Part shown: one piece after another, positions 24,457-38,270 of the stretch
How the letters are laid out: each line of letters opens with the position of its first letter
Position numbering within the stretch: the stretch's first letter is position 1
Assembly (NCBI GenBank): GCA_043228905.1
Contig: JBHGNT010000002.1
Span: forward strand, 2,418,001-2,482,000
Source: Azolla caroliniana
Taxonomy: Eukaryota > Plantae > Polypodiophyta
Direction: 5' to 3'
DNA length: 64,000 nt
Made by a program: the position numbers and the translations under genes
Notes under the pieces: model-generated
The model's input: the letters and a program-made list of their open reading frames with translations, nothing else
Database searches by the model: none
Told to the model about the DNA's origin: nothing

Positions 24457-24879
24457 TGTTAATAATTAGGTAATTAAGCAAGTGTTAATTAATGTCTAAT
24501 TATGTGAGTATTGATAATATGTGTGTGTATGTGTGTGAGAGGAAGAGAGAGAGGAAGTTACACTTATGAACAATAATATAAATGGGGGATGATTAACGAG
24601 AGTGTATATAAGCATCATCAAATACAAAAATACCCACAATGAGGTATATATATACATATCATGCACAAAGGTGTTATGTGTGAGTAGAATATAGGTATAA
24701 AGGTGTAAGTCCTATATTAAATGAACATGAGAGTGGAGGATCTACAATGTATCCCACTCAAGTACAAAATCCTATTTAAGGCTTTACGATCAACACACTA
24801 ACTAGATTCTATCTAGGTAACTATTAAGTTACATGTTTTGACTAACTAACTAAATCTAGTTGAGCTTGATATCTCAACA
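24457..24879 (-). repeat. 5' LTR of Copia A
   Basis: Abuts the tRNA-iMet PBS (plus strand GCTCTGATACCA, 24445-24456). Confidence 0.9.
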
Positions 24880-25059
24880 TTAGTGATTTCAACATGTTCG
24901 TGTTGTGTAAGAGTGACAAGGAGGGAGAGTCAAGTGGGCCATATTTGAGCATGAAAGTAACAAATTGAAGCCACAATTATATTGTTGATAGATTGTTTGA
25001 TTACTACTAGGGTAAGAAGTAAAAGTTAGATTTCATATATTAATTTATTTCTAGAGAGT

Positions 25060-25290
25060 GGTTGGCATGGGGGAAAAATGCAAAAGGTCCTACTAACTTA
25101 GTCAAGACCTGGCATGTTCTTTCATCGCGCTCTTGGGAAGAAAAAAACAAGTAATAGTTAGGATGCATGGAGGATAAATAATGTATCGTCAAATTTAGGA
25201 AGCTATGAGTGAGCTACCATACCATCCACTAGCTCTTACCACAAATGAGTAGGTATTTTTTCAAGATTGGAAGTACTATTGATTGTAAAG
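25060..25290 (+). mobile_element. Short degenerate copy of the L1-like LINE
   Basis: Similar to 26700-26915 (GAAGCTATGAGT...TTTTCAAGATTGGAAGTACT). Confidence 0.6.
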
Positions 25291-25769
25291 GGGTATTTAG
25301 AGGAGAGGACCTTTTCACATCTAAATACCCCTTTACAAAAATTTGGAACTCCTTTCTAGCACTTTCAACCACCAACATGGTTGTTCTCTCCACCGATCAC
25401 TTAGGAATCAAAACTTTGTGAATTGCTTACACAAAGTTAAACAAAAAAATGGTCATAATTGCAAAAGCTTGATTGATCCACCTACTAGTTAAAGATAATT
25501 AATGTGCATAACGTAATGCTTAATTGTATCAGAACTCAAGATGTATGCTAGAAGTTGGAGCTCCTAACCACGCAATTTAGAAACAAAAAAATCAAAGCAA
25601 ATTAAACTTCTCATTATCTCAATTAGGACACCCATGTTACGTCTTTCTAATTTAGAAGTATAATCGTCAAATCGAGCCTCTCATATGGCCAATCACAAGA
25701 TATGTGGTCACGAATGAAACACAAATGCACAATTTAACCCCACTAATGATTAACAACACTTATTACATC

Positions 25770-28178
25770 CCACTCTCACATATAGAAGTAAGGGACGTTG
25801 AATTTGCAGATGACATTGCCCTATACTTAAAAGGTGATTTGGAAAATCTGCAAAAAATAGAATTTGCCATATCCACATTCTGTAAGGCTTCAGGTGAAAT
25901 GGTTAATTGGAACAAGTCCTTTGCATTTTGGGTGGGGGATGTAAATCCTCCTTTATGAAATCCACATCCGCAATTTCGGTAGATACCATTAGGTTGCCCA
26001 GTTCGGTACCTAGGATGTACTATAGGTATTGATCTTTCAATGGAAAATCAAGTGGCTCCCCTTCTATTGTCACTACGGAAAAAGTTGTTATTATGGAGTT
26101 CAGCCAAGTTGTCTTTTGTTGGTCAGATTGTAGTTGTCAATCAAATTGTATTGGCTTCAACATGGTGTGTTCTGTCATGTTGGATATTCTCCAAGTCATG
26201 TATTCTGAAAATACGTAGACTGATTCATAATTTTTTGTGGTCCGGTAAAAACGGAAGGCAATACTCGATCTAAAGTGAAATGGGATGTTGTTACCTTACC
26301 TGTTATAAAGGGGGATTAGGTATCATTGATCCAGTAGACCAATCAAGAGCATTATTAAGCAAGTTGCTCATTAGAGGATTTATGTTGGGGCAAGAGATAT
26401 GGAAAATATTATTTCTTGACCGTTGTTCAAATTGCTCTCCTTCCTTAGGTGCCCCCTGGTCTAAAGATGTAAATTGGATATTTAGGGAAAATTTCCAAGT
26501 ACCCACAATTAACAAGTGGGAAGACAAATTTATTAGGACATTATTTCAGCATGGAAACAAGTATTACCCGGTTTGCTTCGCAATAAACCCAAATCCAAAC
26601 ATTATCTTGAGTATCTTTGACAAAGGATAGTATGGAATATGTTGTTTACAACATCATATGGTTTAGTGTTGGGTTCTAGACAATGGTTATCGTGGCGGAA
26701 AATGACAGAAGGTCTAGAGAAAACAGTTCAGACCTAGCAAGGATTTTTATCGTGTTCATGGAAAAAGCAAAAAGAAATCCAAGGTAATATGCATGGTGGC
26801 CAAATAATGTATCGACAAATTCAAGAAGCTATGAGTAGACTCCCTATACCACCCAATAACTCTAACCACATATGGGTTGGGGTTTTTTCAAGATTGGAAG
26901 TACTCTTGGTTGTTAAGTGGTATTCAGATGATAAGACCTACCGATCTTTTGAGGTGGATGAAGCAAACCAATTGACTCAGTGGGGGGAAATGGTGATAGA
27001 TTACCCTTATGCTATGGAACACAAGATAAGGATCATCGAATATGCCGACCGTAAATGGTATATTGATCCAATGATAGAGTAAATAAGGACACATTGGAAG
27101 TTGTGGGTGTTGGCTAAAAAACCGTTGTTCATATTAGATTGAGACCCAATTGATTATCAGTGGACAGATCCTTTTACAGGTAACAAGTTCAATTTCTTCC
27201 AATATTCGGTCCAACTAGGAAGACATGCGCTTTCAGATACACAAGTTGTGTTACCGGTTGCATTTCAATATTGGAATCAACAAGGTACTCTCCAATTCCT
27301 TGCAAACTTCTGGGTTATATTATGGGCAAGAAAACAACCACACCAAATATTGCATGTACAATGGTTACTTGTACATCGAGCCTTGTCGGTTGGCACATGG
27401 TTGCATAGGATGCGAGTAGCTTCTGGTTGTGCTCAATGCCATTTACAAATGGAAACTCAAAAACATTGTTTATGGGAATCAACCGATATGGCAATGTCTC
27501 CTTAGAATTTTTGCTAACTATTTCCCCCCATCGGCTTTCACTTGGGGCAGGGTGGTTTGGTCATCACTTGTCCGTGATGCATTCCATTATGACACCGAAC
27601 CTATGGACCATGGATTTTACACTAAATCTAGAAGTGTTCATACATTACCAATGTTGTCATTACAGTTTTTAGGAATACGGAAGGAAGTCCAACCAGTATG
27701 GGAGACACTGAGTAGTACCACTGTATATCACATTTGGAAGGTTCGGTGCTCTCTCATTTTCCATCAGCTTAAAACATCACTAGCTGAATTGGTTTCAAAT
27801 ATTTGGTTAGACATAGTTCATACTTTGAAGGGACAATGGGATGGTATAGTTGGAGATTCTGATGCTAAAATTGCTCAACGGCATGAGTTTTTTTTTTCTT
27901 GGAAAATATCCTTTCATTAGTTATAAACAGGAATTACAAGAATGTTGACCTACCGTCAAGCTACCATTGGTATGTTGCACTCTTCCTTGGGTCAACGACA
28001 TGAGTTTATCACCGCCTGGATGTGAGTCATGACATCCAATTATGGTACTCCTGATTGGCAATTTCAGCCTCCGAAATGGTTGTTTCCCCTCGCCGATCAC
28101 ATAGAATTTATAATCTTGTAAAAATGTTTACACTAATGACAATATATCTTCTTTAAAAAAAATAAGAATAAAAAAAAC
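25770..28178 (+). mobile_element. 5'-truncated L1-like LINE (ORF2 RT C-terminal half and zf-RVT)
   Basis: FADDIALY, RYLG, LSFVGQIVVVNQ, GGLGIID, CAQC..ETQKHCLW and YHIWKVRC; many stops and frameshifts; A-rich tail at 28155-28178. Confidence 0.85.
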
Positions 28179-28366
28179 AACACTCTTTACATCAAATGCC
28201 TATAAAACAAAATTCTCATCATAATCATTACAACCTCATATAACGAATCGAAAGGGATGAACTAATGATGGTGGTGGTGCAATAAGAAGCCAATGTTTTA
28301 TGTTCTAACCACGGAGGTAGTTATAGGGCCAATTGGGCATGCAAGCAAGGCCATTGAGGTTTGAGC

Positions 28367-28732
28367 ATACATATACACACACACACATATACATACATAC
28401 ATACATACATACATACATACATACAAATATGACATGACATACACACATCCATACATCAACATGACAAACATACATGCATACATACATACATGGCATGCAT
28501 ACATACATATATACATACATACATACATACAAATATGACATGGCATACACACATCCATACATCAACATGACAAACATACATGCACACATACATACATACA
28601 TACATACATACATACATACATACATGACATAACATACACACATCCATACATCAACATGACATACATACATGGCATACATACATGGCATACATACATGGCA
28701 TACATACATATACATACATACATACATACATG

Positions 28733-28763
<31 letters not shown>

Positions 28764-28765
28764 CA

Positions 28766-28797
<32 letters not shown>

Positions 28798-28853
28798 CAT
28801 ACATACATACATACATACATACATACATACATACATACATGACATACATACAT
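28367..28853. repeat. Complex (ATAC)n microsatellite with higher-order units
   Basis: ATAC runs are punctuated by CATCCATACATCAACATGAC at 28446, 28552 and 28641. Confidence 0.92.
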
Positions 28854-29153
28854 GTGAATGCTTATAAGTTATAATTATATAAAAATATTATATGCAAGTA
28901 TTGGGAAATTTCACCAAAAGAAGAGAAAGCATGTCTAAAGCAAGAACGACACCAAATGAAACAAAATATTTAGTTTCTTTCTCTGTCTCTCTCTCTGTCT
29001 CTCTGTCTCTCGCTTGTTGTACGTGTTCATTCTTGGCAATGCTGTTCTGCAGAAACGCCATAGCTCCCTCCCTTTGACCCTGCTTCTCTACCCTTTTGTA
29101 AAAACGAGAAGGAAAAAGAAAATAAAAAAATAAAAACCATCGGTTCCACAGCC

Positions 29154-29589
29154 ATGACAGCAAACATCGTTGAACGAGGATGGCAGGTACTCCTGATTCT
29201 CTCTCTCTCTCTCTCACTCCCTTCTAATTTTCTCTATGGATTCTTTTCTTTTCTTTTCATCCATATGTATCTTCACCGATCTTTTCTTTCTCTTTCAATT
29301 AATATGCCGGGTTATCTTTTTATCTGCTCATAGAAATGCGACAATTCTCTCTCTCTCTGTCTCTGTCTCTCTGTCTCTCTCTCTCTCTCTCTCCATTTTT
29401 GGATTCCGGTGTTTATATATTTTTAGCCATATATTTATATATGTGCGTGTATGTATATTTATGTGTGGATATGGATGTTCTGTATATGTGTATGTATATA
29501 TATGCTGTAAATCTATGCGTATGTCTGTAACCGTCAAAAGAACAGAAATATACCATTTATATTTGCTTGATTCTTAAGATAATGTTGCT

Positions 29590-29676
<87 letters not shown>

Positions 29677-30713
29677 GTTGTACGTGTGTATATATACGTT
29701 GTGTATTTTGCAGTTCTTGATCGACAATTTCAGTGAGTTCCAACTTGCATCTATTGGCAGCTTCATCATCCACGAGAGTGTCTTCTTCTTATCAGGCTTG
29801 CCTTATCTCTTCATGGAGATGTGGGGAGTGAAGAAATACAAAATCCAGGTTTGCAAACCATTGTCTAGAAAGCCTGTGATTTAGTCTAAGTAACTAGCTA
29901 AAAACGAAATAGAAAATAAAAGAAGAGGTAAAAAGGAATTAGCCAAAGTATATGCTCTATTCGAAATTTGTATTGTGCATGGATTTTCTATCAATAAGAT
30001 TAAGTCAATGTTTTATTTTTCCATGGGAGAGTGTTATTGAGGCCTTACACTGAGTTTTTGTTATGCTCTGTGCGATCTTGGTTTTCATCCAATCTCAATA
30101 GCTCATATATTTTATGATCTCAAAAGAATAGTTCAAGGATTATTATATTGTTGGTAACTTATATATTGTACAATCTTAATAGTTTATATATATTCTATGA
30201 TCTTGAATGTATAGTTAAAGGACATTATATTGTTGGTAATTTATATATCATATTGTCTTGACTGAGAATAAAGTGGTATATGCAATGAACCAAGACTAGA
30301 ATTTGTGTTATTACCTTCTTCTGAGGTTTTATCAAGAAAGCTTGGCTTTTACTGATCTCGGATTCCCTTCAATCTCGGTAGTTTACATATATAATATCTC
30401 CAATGAAAACCAAAAGGCTATGTAACAATCCAATGCTAATTAATGTTAATAAGCAATTTCAAAAAAGTCCAATCTCAATTAACACCAAATTGGCTCAATG
30501 CATGTTACACAAAATTGCAGTAAATTAAGTCAATCAAGGATGCTTTAATAAAAAAACTAATGATGATGTGGCATAGTGAATTGTAAATACACTTATAGAT
30601 CATCAGTGAACCTGTGGATGATTCAGACCTCCAACCCTTAAAGTTCAAGGCATCCAAGTCTTAACCACTAGAGCAACTCTTCAAATATGAGATATTGGGT
30701 ATATTGTGAAGTG

Positions 30714-30747
<34 letters not shown>

Positions 30748-33616
30748 ATTCTCACTCTTAATCTCACATTCACCCACCGATTGTATACCGTTCGCACTCC
30801 TTGTATTGACCTCACGGTCTAGAACTCACAGATTCCACTCCATGCTCGCCGGTACGTGTTAATGGTAGATATGACCTTTGTCCCTTGATGGTGATGGCGA
30901 TTATGACGGTCACAATGATGCAGGCTGTTTTGACTCTGCCGCCTTTCAAGAGTTTCTGCTTAACATCACCTTAATTCCTCTTCTTTCCCCCAGTTGACAC
31001 CGGTGGCCCTATTAACTCTCTCCCTTGGGTAGCTCAATTACACTTTAGAAATTAGAAGGCCTAAGTATAGGCTAGGTTCCCTGGCTCATTATCTATCGAT
31101 TTCTTTTTTGTTCACTGTTTTATTGGCCTTCACACACACGCACAAACACAGTGGACAATTCCATATGCCTTGAACGCTAATTCATAGGATAAAGTCATGG
31201 AGTTTGACTCTATGAACCACTAAACATAAGAAAAACATGATGCAAAGACCAATATTCTCAACAGGCAGATTTACTCGCATGTTGGGAACTGATTTATGAT
31301 ATCAGTTATTCTCATGGGGCTTCTGCCAAAGTTTTGCCAACACCATGTTTCATAGAATATTTAATTTCCTTCAATATCCATAGTTTGTATATGTTACCCT
31401 CTTGTAAGAGAAAGAAAGGTTATAGCACATGATCCCATACAGAAATGGTGAATATTAATATCTACCGGAAGGGCAAACATTCAGTTTTGTGTTGTATCTG
31501 AGACGATGATTGTTGACAACCCTGACCTCAATGATCCACAATTCCTCATCAGTAAAGGGCTGAACCTACCAAATCCTCCATCGTATGCAGCTCAAATATA
31601 TCACATACCATATACACTTTACATAAACAACTGGTGAAGCATCTATGCCCCTTTTTGTTTGTCACAGAAGGTTGAAAGCTTAGATAGTTTTTGTTTAAAT
31701 GTATAATGTGCCTTTTGAATAAAGACTTGTGTATGTTGTTGAGGATAAAAATGAACGAATTGTAGGATCAAGAGAAGAGATTGATTTGGTGTCAAAATAT
31801 AAACCTCTTCTTCCTGGCTTGCTTGAATAAAGTGTGTTTCTGATGGTCCAGAATAAAATGAACACACTACCAGCTCAAGAGAAGTGCATCACTCGGCTAT
31901 TGATATACCATACCTGTGTCAATCTACCATTAATGATAATATCATTTCCCGTCTTCAGGTGGATGGGTATGACAAGCAAGTTGCCTCTCCCATCATGGTA
32001 AAATATGGATATACTCTATCACTTTCATATTATATCATTTTGCAATACTGAAATTCAACTGAGCATGATTTTTATGTTCATATTTTCTGGCCACCCTTGG
32101 TTAGGAAGGTGGTGACTTTCCAGATCGTATCCTATTTCATCCTGGAGGACTTCATTTTCTATTGGGGTCATCGGATTCTGCACACGAAATGGTTATACAA
32201 ACATATCCATAGTGTACATCATGAGTAATGTTTTGCTGAAACCCTCACTTTTTGCAAATGTTTTGATCTCTTTTGGTTATAAATATTGAAGGTTGCTCTT
32301 ATCGTTACACAGATGGTGTGATTTTGTAGATATGCTACACCATTTGGGCTGACATCGGAGTATGCTCATCCAGCCGAAATCCTGTTTTTGGGCTTTGCGA
32401 CCTTCTTTGGTCCGGGAATAACAGGACCTCATCTCTTCACACTCTGGCTCTGGATGGTTTTGAGAGTGCTGGAAACGGTCGAGGCTCATTGTGGGTATGA
32501 TCTCCCATGGAGCCTTTCGAAGCTTTTACCTATATATGGCGGGTAATGTTTGTTAATTGAAGCTCTATTTTGATCCATTCGTCATATAAAATTTAAACGT
32601 ATAATAATATGTATTAGGATCTCGATGAAAAGACATGCGGCCAGAACATTTCCTATGTGTAGTCTCATGATTTGTTTTACAAATAGTTCCTACTGTGTAT
32701 GTGTTTTCTTTTGAAGAAATACAACTATGGCATTGTAATTCATCAAAATATTTGAGATAATTTACTCAAATGAGATGTATAGTTATCAATTAAAAGAGTA
32801 AAAAAAACCTTTTACAAAAAATGAACAAATTTTGATAGTTATCATATATTGAACTATTATCCATGGATAACATATTTTCTGGAACAAACGACAACTTCAT
32901 AAAAGATGCATAAATGCATTCACCGCACTATTCTATATTGTTATGGGCTAAATGAGAGTTCTTCTCTGATGAATTTGCGTTAAGACATTGATTTTTAGTT
33001 TTGTTTATTCCTACAAATTCTTAAGAGGGAGGTCATTTGAGACTGGATGTGTTCCTGTGAGAAAATGGAACACAAGAAATACAAATACCAAAAGAAGCGC
33101 TTGTTGTAATGAGGAAGGATTGTGCAGTGTCTCATTAGATTTGGTGTACAATGCATTTGAAACCATAAATGAGATGTATAAGATTATCCTTTCAATTCCC
33201 TCATTGGACACCTAGTCATATGGACTTGTTTTTCTCAATGATAATTAAACACAAATATATATATAGATATATAGATTTATTTATTTATTTATTTAGAGAG
33301 AGAGAGCATTGACTTGACTTGAATTAATAGGGCGGATTTTCATGACTACCATCATCGTTTGTTGTATACAAAATCTGGGAACTATGCATCGACATTTACC
33401 TATATGGACTGGTAATGGTGTAATTCTCTTGGGCTTCGTTGAATGTGACTTCATGATTATTGTATTCAAACCAAGGGATTCCATGTTTATTATGATTTTC
33501 GATGCAGGATATTTGGCACAGATAAAGGATATCGCAAACTTAAGTCATTAAAGCAAGACACGGAAGTATCCGAGGAATTTATCGTAAAAAACATGCTTGA
33601 AAAGTCTGAGTTTTAA
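29154..33616 (+). CDS. SMO2: Sterol 4-alpha-methyl oxidase 2 (methylsterol monooxygenase 2), 7 exons, 278 aa
   Basis: GT-AG exons 29154-29186, 29714-29848, 31852-31997, 32105-32224, 32330-32542, 33331-33411 and 33508-33616 join in phase (837 nt). His boxes HRILH, HSVHH and HDYHH; LASIGSFIIHESVFF and IFGTDKGYRKLK are typical of plant SMO2. Confidence 0.95.
29594..29672. repeat. (CT)n microsatellite in SMO2 intron 1
   Basis: About 40 CT units. Confidence 0.95.
30605..30682 (-). mobile_element. tRNA-derived SINE-like head in SMO2 intron 2
   Basis: Minus strand TTGCTCTAGTGGTTAAG (A-box-like) and GGTCTGAATC (degenerate B box). Confidence 0.45.
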
Positions 33617-36600
33617 GCCAAGGGCTCTTAACAAAATTTGCACATATATCAGGAGGAACCAAATGGAATAAGGCAAACAAAGAGATTCTTTAGACTTTTA
33701 TTATCCTTTCAACATTTTTATGGTCTTTTTACAAACCTTCTAAACACATTTATCTCTCTCTCTCTCTCTCTATCTCTATCTATCTATCTATATATATATA
33801 TATATATATTAGTGCATTTCTGTTGGTTGGATATAAACGTCAATATATAACTTCATTGTCACATTCCAGTAACTTGATCTCAAGATTTATTTATTTTTGT
33901 ATAATTGTACAGGCAGTATTTTTGTTGACAAAAAAGTAATGCTAATTTAGTGTGAAAATGAGAGGAAAATTTTCATCTCTCGTGTATTTTTTTTTATACA
34001 GTCTGCCTTTAATAATAGATTTTGGAAAATGAAGATCATGTACAATACATTATTGTGTTTTGAGTGTCATTTGACTCAATATTGGGGATTCATTTGTATG
34101 TAGTAATAAAATTGCATAGCTAGGTAGCTATTTGAAAACAAATGAATTGTTAGAATATGTATGTTGTATATGACCACTTGCAAAATTATATGCATGTTTT
34201 TGTATCAAACTTCCTTGAACAAAAGAGTCATTCTCATCATAAAAAGCAATCAACTAAAAGGAAAGTATATTGAAGTGCATATATTTTTTAGAATTACTAC
34301 CTTTAGTTGGTGTAATGTATGATTCCCTTTAGTTGTATGAAGCAATTAGGGTTGGGTTTTTGACCAACTCTCTCTAGAAAAGTGATAATTCTCTCTTCAT
34401 CACACTACACTATAAAGTCAAAGTTCTTAGACCTAGCCTTTCGGAGAAATTGGTAAATAGACGTGTGGTTCAACATATCAAATAATTGATACAAAATCAT
34501 TGCAATGGCACAAGTTGCAACAACACTTTGCAATGCATTAGGGTACCCTTTCTTACGATAAAACATGCCACCTACAAACCCTACTTGGATGAAGATAAGC
34601 AAGATGGCCTCATTATCTCTATCCGATTTCAGAATAAATGAGTCCAGGTGAACTTGTCATCTTCATAATCATTTTTTATGTAGGATCTCGAAAGTATCTT
34701 GATCATTTTCGTGGAAGTATATAAAAAAGAGGTAGAATAAGAGGAAAACACTACAAAAGCCATGTATCTAATAGTAACTTACGGTGCCTCCACTAATTAA
34801 CAGTCCCAACAGAATGCGAGCATGGATAAAAAATATATGCTTGGCTTTTTATGTGAAACCTTGAGGTATCACAATGCATGTGTTGATTCATTAACATGAA
34901 AATATGAGAGAAAGATGTGTTGGAGATGGTCAAAGTACTTCCATATTGTTTGATCTGACACAATGGTTCTACAACATGATGATGGAAAAGCATGATAGGC
35001 AATGGAAATATCACAACACTTGAACAAAGAGATAGACAACAAAAAATCAATCCAAAATGCCAAAGATGGCGGTTGTCGTATAAACAATAATTACCCCAAC
35101 ATGTAGGAGAGCTCTCTTTCACACTCTCCAAAATGACCTTATACTAGGAGAATATGATGTTATTGAGAGCTTGATGCCATAAGTCCCTCGTACTTATACT
35201 CGAGTTTATATTAGCTCCGACCCAATTTGCCGTTTTCTCTAGTGTGTCCCTATGCACAACAACCAAGAACCGACCCACAATATGTCCATCTAAATACAAC
35301 ATATGAGTGCATTTACATATATATGAAATAAGAACTCCACATGAATCTCATATACCACTTGGTGAGCATGTACATAATCCTCAAACCTCAAATTGTGGTC
35401 CACGGTTCTCAATTCGAATCAACTTGTAAATTGTGTTCCTCATTTACCAATCTCATGTCAACATGCGAACCATGATTTAATGCTTCCTCAATCCACATCA
35501 TGCCATTGGAGATCCTAATTTGTTGCTAGCCTAATAAATACAAAGAAACATGATTGCATGAGTTTGGATGATCCATTCCTCTTGCATAGATTTGAAGAGT
35601 TTTAAAGCTTCATCACAATGCCCACTTATTCATGCATTCCAACATATGGTATCCTGCATGAGGAGTTGGTTGAATGCATCTCGGGCTTTTCCCGAGGTGT
35701 CGCAATTTGAATACATATTGACCAAATCTTTTCCAAATAATGCAACTTCTTGACATAATCATGCATCTCTTCTCCCACGATAAGAGATCCCACGTTGTAA
35801 TTTACAATATTTCAATTTTTTCAAAAGTGACTACACTAGGACGACACTCTCATCTCACAAATGGACCCTCATAGAGCTTCATCATAGAGCTCATATGGAC
35901 CCTCCATAACAATAGTTGCAACAAAGATACAGATCAATATGATGGTTCGAGTGATAACAATAATGGCAACAACAACCCCTATGATAGTAATCCCAATGGT
36001 GGCAATGACAACAAGACATGTTCTCATGTTGTCAATGGCACACAACATGAACACCTCTAAATTGTGTATGTTTACCATTTCATATTGATGTAATTTAATT
36101 GTTAAAAGCAAATAAACATAAATGTATGGGTTGCAAACCTTCTATCTATGTGGTTAAAGTAATGGAGGCACATTGCTTACCAATCCAAGCTTTTGTTATT
36201 AACGTAAAAACACATAATACAAATAAAAGCAAATGTTCTCTCTTCTCGTTGGGCACACAATCCACCCAAAATGGTTTCAAAGATGGAATGCGATAATCAC
36301 CACATTGGCTACACACCATAAGTATGGTCGACATAGATATAGCAATGAATTATTAACGTAGTCATGAGAATGCAGATAACAATTTGTGATACTGCAATAC
36401 TCACATAATATCCAATATATTGGGAACCTACAAGGAAATGAAAAGATGCAACCAACCACATCTTCTCATCCCCGTGACAAATAATGTGAGAAGAGAAACA
36501 TCTCTCTCTTTGCACTCACAATCATGATCTTGAAACAAACAATGGAGCTTGGTGAGAACTTGATAGAGTAGATAGCATATGCACGTGTTGTCCTAATCAT

Positions 36601-37523
36601 GAATGAGGAGTATCTCAACCTATGACGTTGCTTTTCACCATCAATCGCATCATACATAAACCTTACCCAACTACTCCAAGTTGGACACTTCAACTTGTAT
36701 GTGCTCTCTATACTTAAGCATAGAAGTGAAAGATTTGAAGAAAATAATATATAAGCCATTTGACCATCTATCATTAGAATCAAGATGGATGTTTGTTTGG
36801 TGGGGATTAACCACCTCCAACACATTCATTATTTGCAACGCTTGCGTCCACTAAAGAATTTTTTTGTGGTCACAAAACATTGCTTTTTTGTTCGTGATGT
36901 ATGATTAATAGACCACATTTACAAAAAATGAAAGAGAGTAAAAATGATGTAAATGTATTAGAATTTGACCAATTCTTTATAATTTTGTGCTTGCAATTCC
37001 ATACGACTTCATCCATGGAAAGGAGAAACTCAAGCAATTAATAAATAATATTTCTAAACATTGATGATGATGATGGGAAGGCACCTAAACCTAAAGCCAC
37101 ACAAACAAAGCAAATGCCTGATGCGCCACACTTTCATAACAACATAACATTACCTTTAATGTTTTCAATCCTAAGGATGTAGGAGGTGCTTTTGTAGCGA
37201 ATCAATAAAAGATCACCCTCTCTCTAAACCATAGAAATAATCCCATCCTTCTCCTCCCAGAAGTGAAGCTCTGGCAACACAAGTAGGGGCTCCTAGGACC
37301 GCAAACATTCAAGAATGGGTTTCAAAAGATCAAGGTTACATCCATCATCTCATCTCCAAGTGTCTTTGCTGCCGACAAATGAAGGCCATTATCACTAGTG
37401 CATGTCCCTCGCTTCGGGGAACCAACCTCTCCCCGCCTTTCCCCATTTTGGATTGGCTCATGCGTTGGAGGTCTTTCTAGACTCTGTGTTTATAAAGATT
37501 AGAAAGTTAAGTGGTCGGCACCG

Positions 37524-38039
37524 AAAGATGGGCAAACATGATGTGATATGGTCTTGACAACTGCCAGTTTCTCGAGAACACATGTTTCGATCCGAGCCAT
37601 AGAGCGGCTCCTCGGTCCTTCCTCTGACCCATACTCATCCTCTCTCTAGACCGCACACTCGACTTTGCCTCATGGTGATGCCATCCTCTCTCTAAAGATG
37701 GGCAAACATGATGTGATTTGGTCACGACAACAACTGCTAGTTTCTCGAGAACACACGTTCTGATCCGAGCCATGGAGCGGCTTCTGAGTCCTTCCTCTGA
37801 CCCATACTCATCCTCACTCTAGACCACACACTCGACTTTGCCTCACGGTGATGCCATCCTCTCTCTAAAGATGGGCAAACATGATGTGATATGGTCTCGA
37901 CAACCGTCAGTTTCTCGAGAACACATGTTCCAATCCAAGCCATAGAGCGGCTTCTTAGTCCTTCCTGTGACCCATACTCATCCTCTCTCTAAACCGCACA
38001 CTCGACTTTGCCCCTCATGGTGATGCCATCCTCTCTCTA
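37524..38039. repeat. Tandem repeat of 170-173 bp, 3 copies
   Basis: AAAGATGGGCAAACATGATGTGAT starts at 37524, 37694 and 37867. Confidence 0.92.
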
Positions 38040-38100
38040 GAGGCTATGCATGCATGTATGGGCGCACTCACACTCTCCAGGCCATTGCGAGGAGGGAGGA

Positions 38101-38270
38101 CATCCTCTCTCTAGGCCATGGCATGGCATCCTCTCTCTAGGCCATGGCATGACATCCTCTCTGAAGGCCATGGCATGGCATCCTCTCTCTAGGCCATGGC
38201 ATGACATCCTCTCTCTAGGCCATGACATGGCATCCTCTCTCTAGGCCATGGCATGACATCCTCTCTCTAG
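38101..38270. repeat. 26-bp tandem repeat, about 6.5 copies
   Basis: CATCCTCTCTCTAGGCCATGGCATG(G/A) starts at 38101, 38127, 38153, 38179, 38205, 38231 and 38257. Confidence 0.93.

Larger units (their letters stand above)
12056..24879 (-). mobile_element. Copia element A, internally deleted, host of the nested insertions
   Basis: LTR pair 12056-12466 and 24457-24879; PBS TGGTATCAGAGC at 24445-24456; PPT at 12467; TSD TTTGT/TTAGT; gag ATG at 13835 (MGSSLPSEKLD...); protease FVDSGAS near 12910. INT, RT and RH are missing. Confidence 0.9.

Noticed and set aside
28298-28867. MYVC-repeat ORFs
   Set aside because: Translation artefacts of the (ATAC)n microsatellite.
29328-29773. ERER and LSLS ORFs (also 48355-48540 and 38215-38755)
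   Set aside because: Produced by (CT)n, (GA)n, (TTC)n and (GAC)n repeats. Only 29714-29848 is a real SMO2 exon.
34400-37000. Short ORFs and possible DNA-transposon remnants
   Set aside because: Too degenerate to assign by eye; no convincing motif, TIR or TSD.
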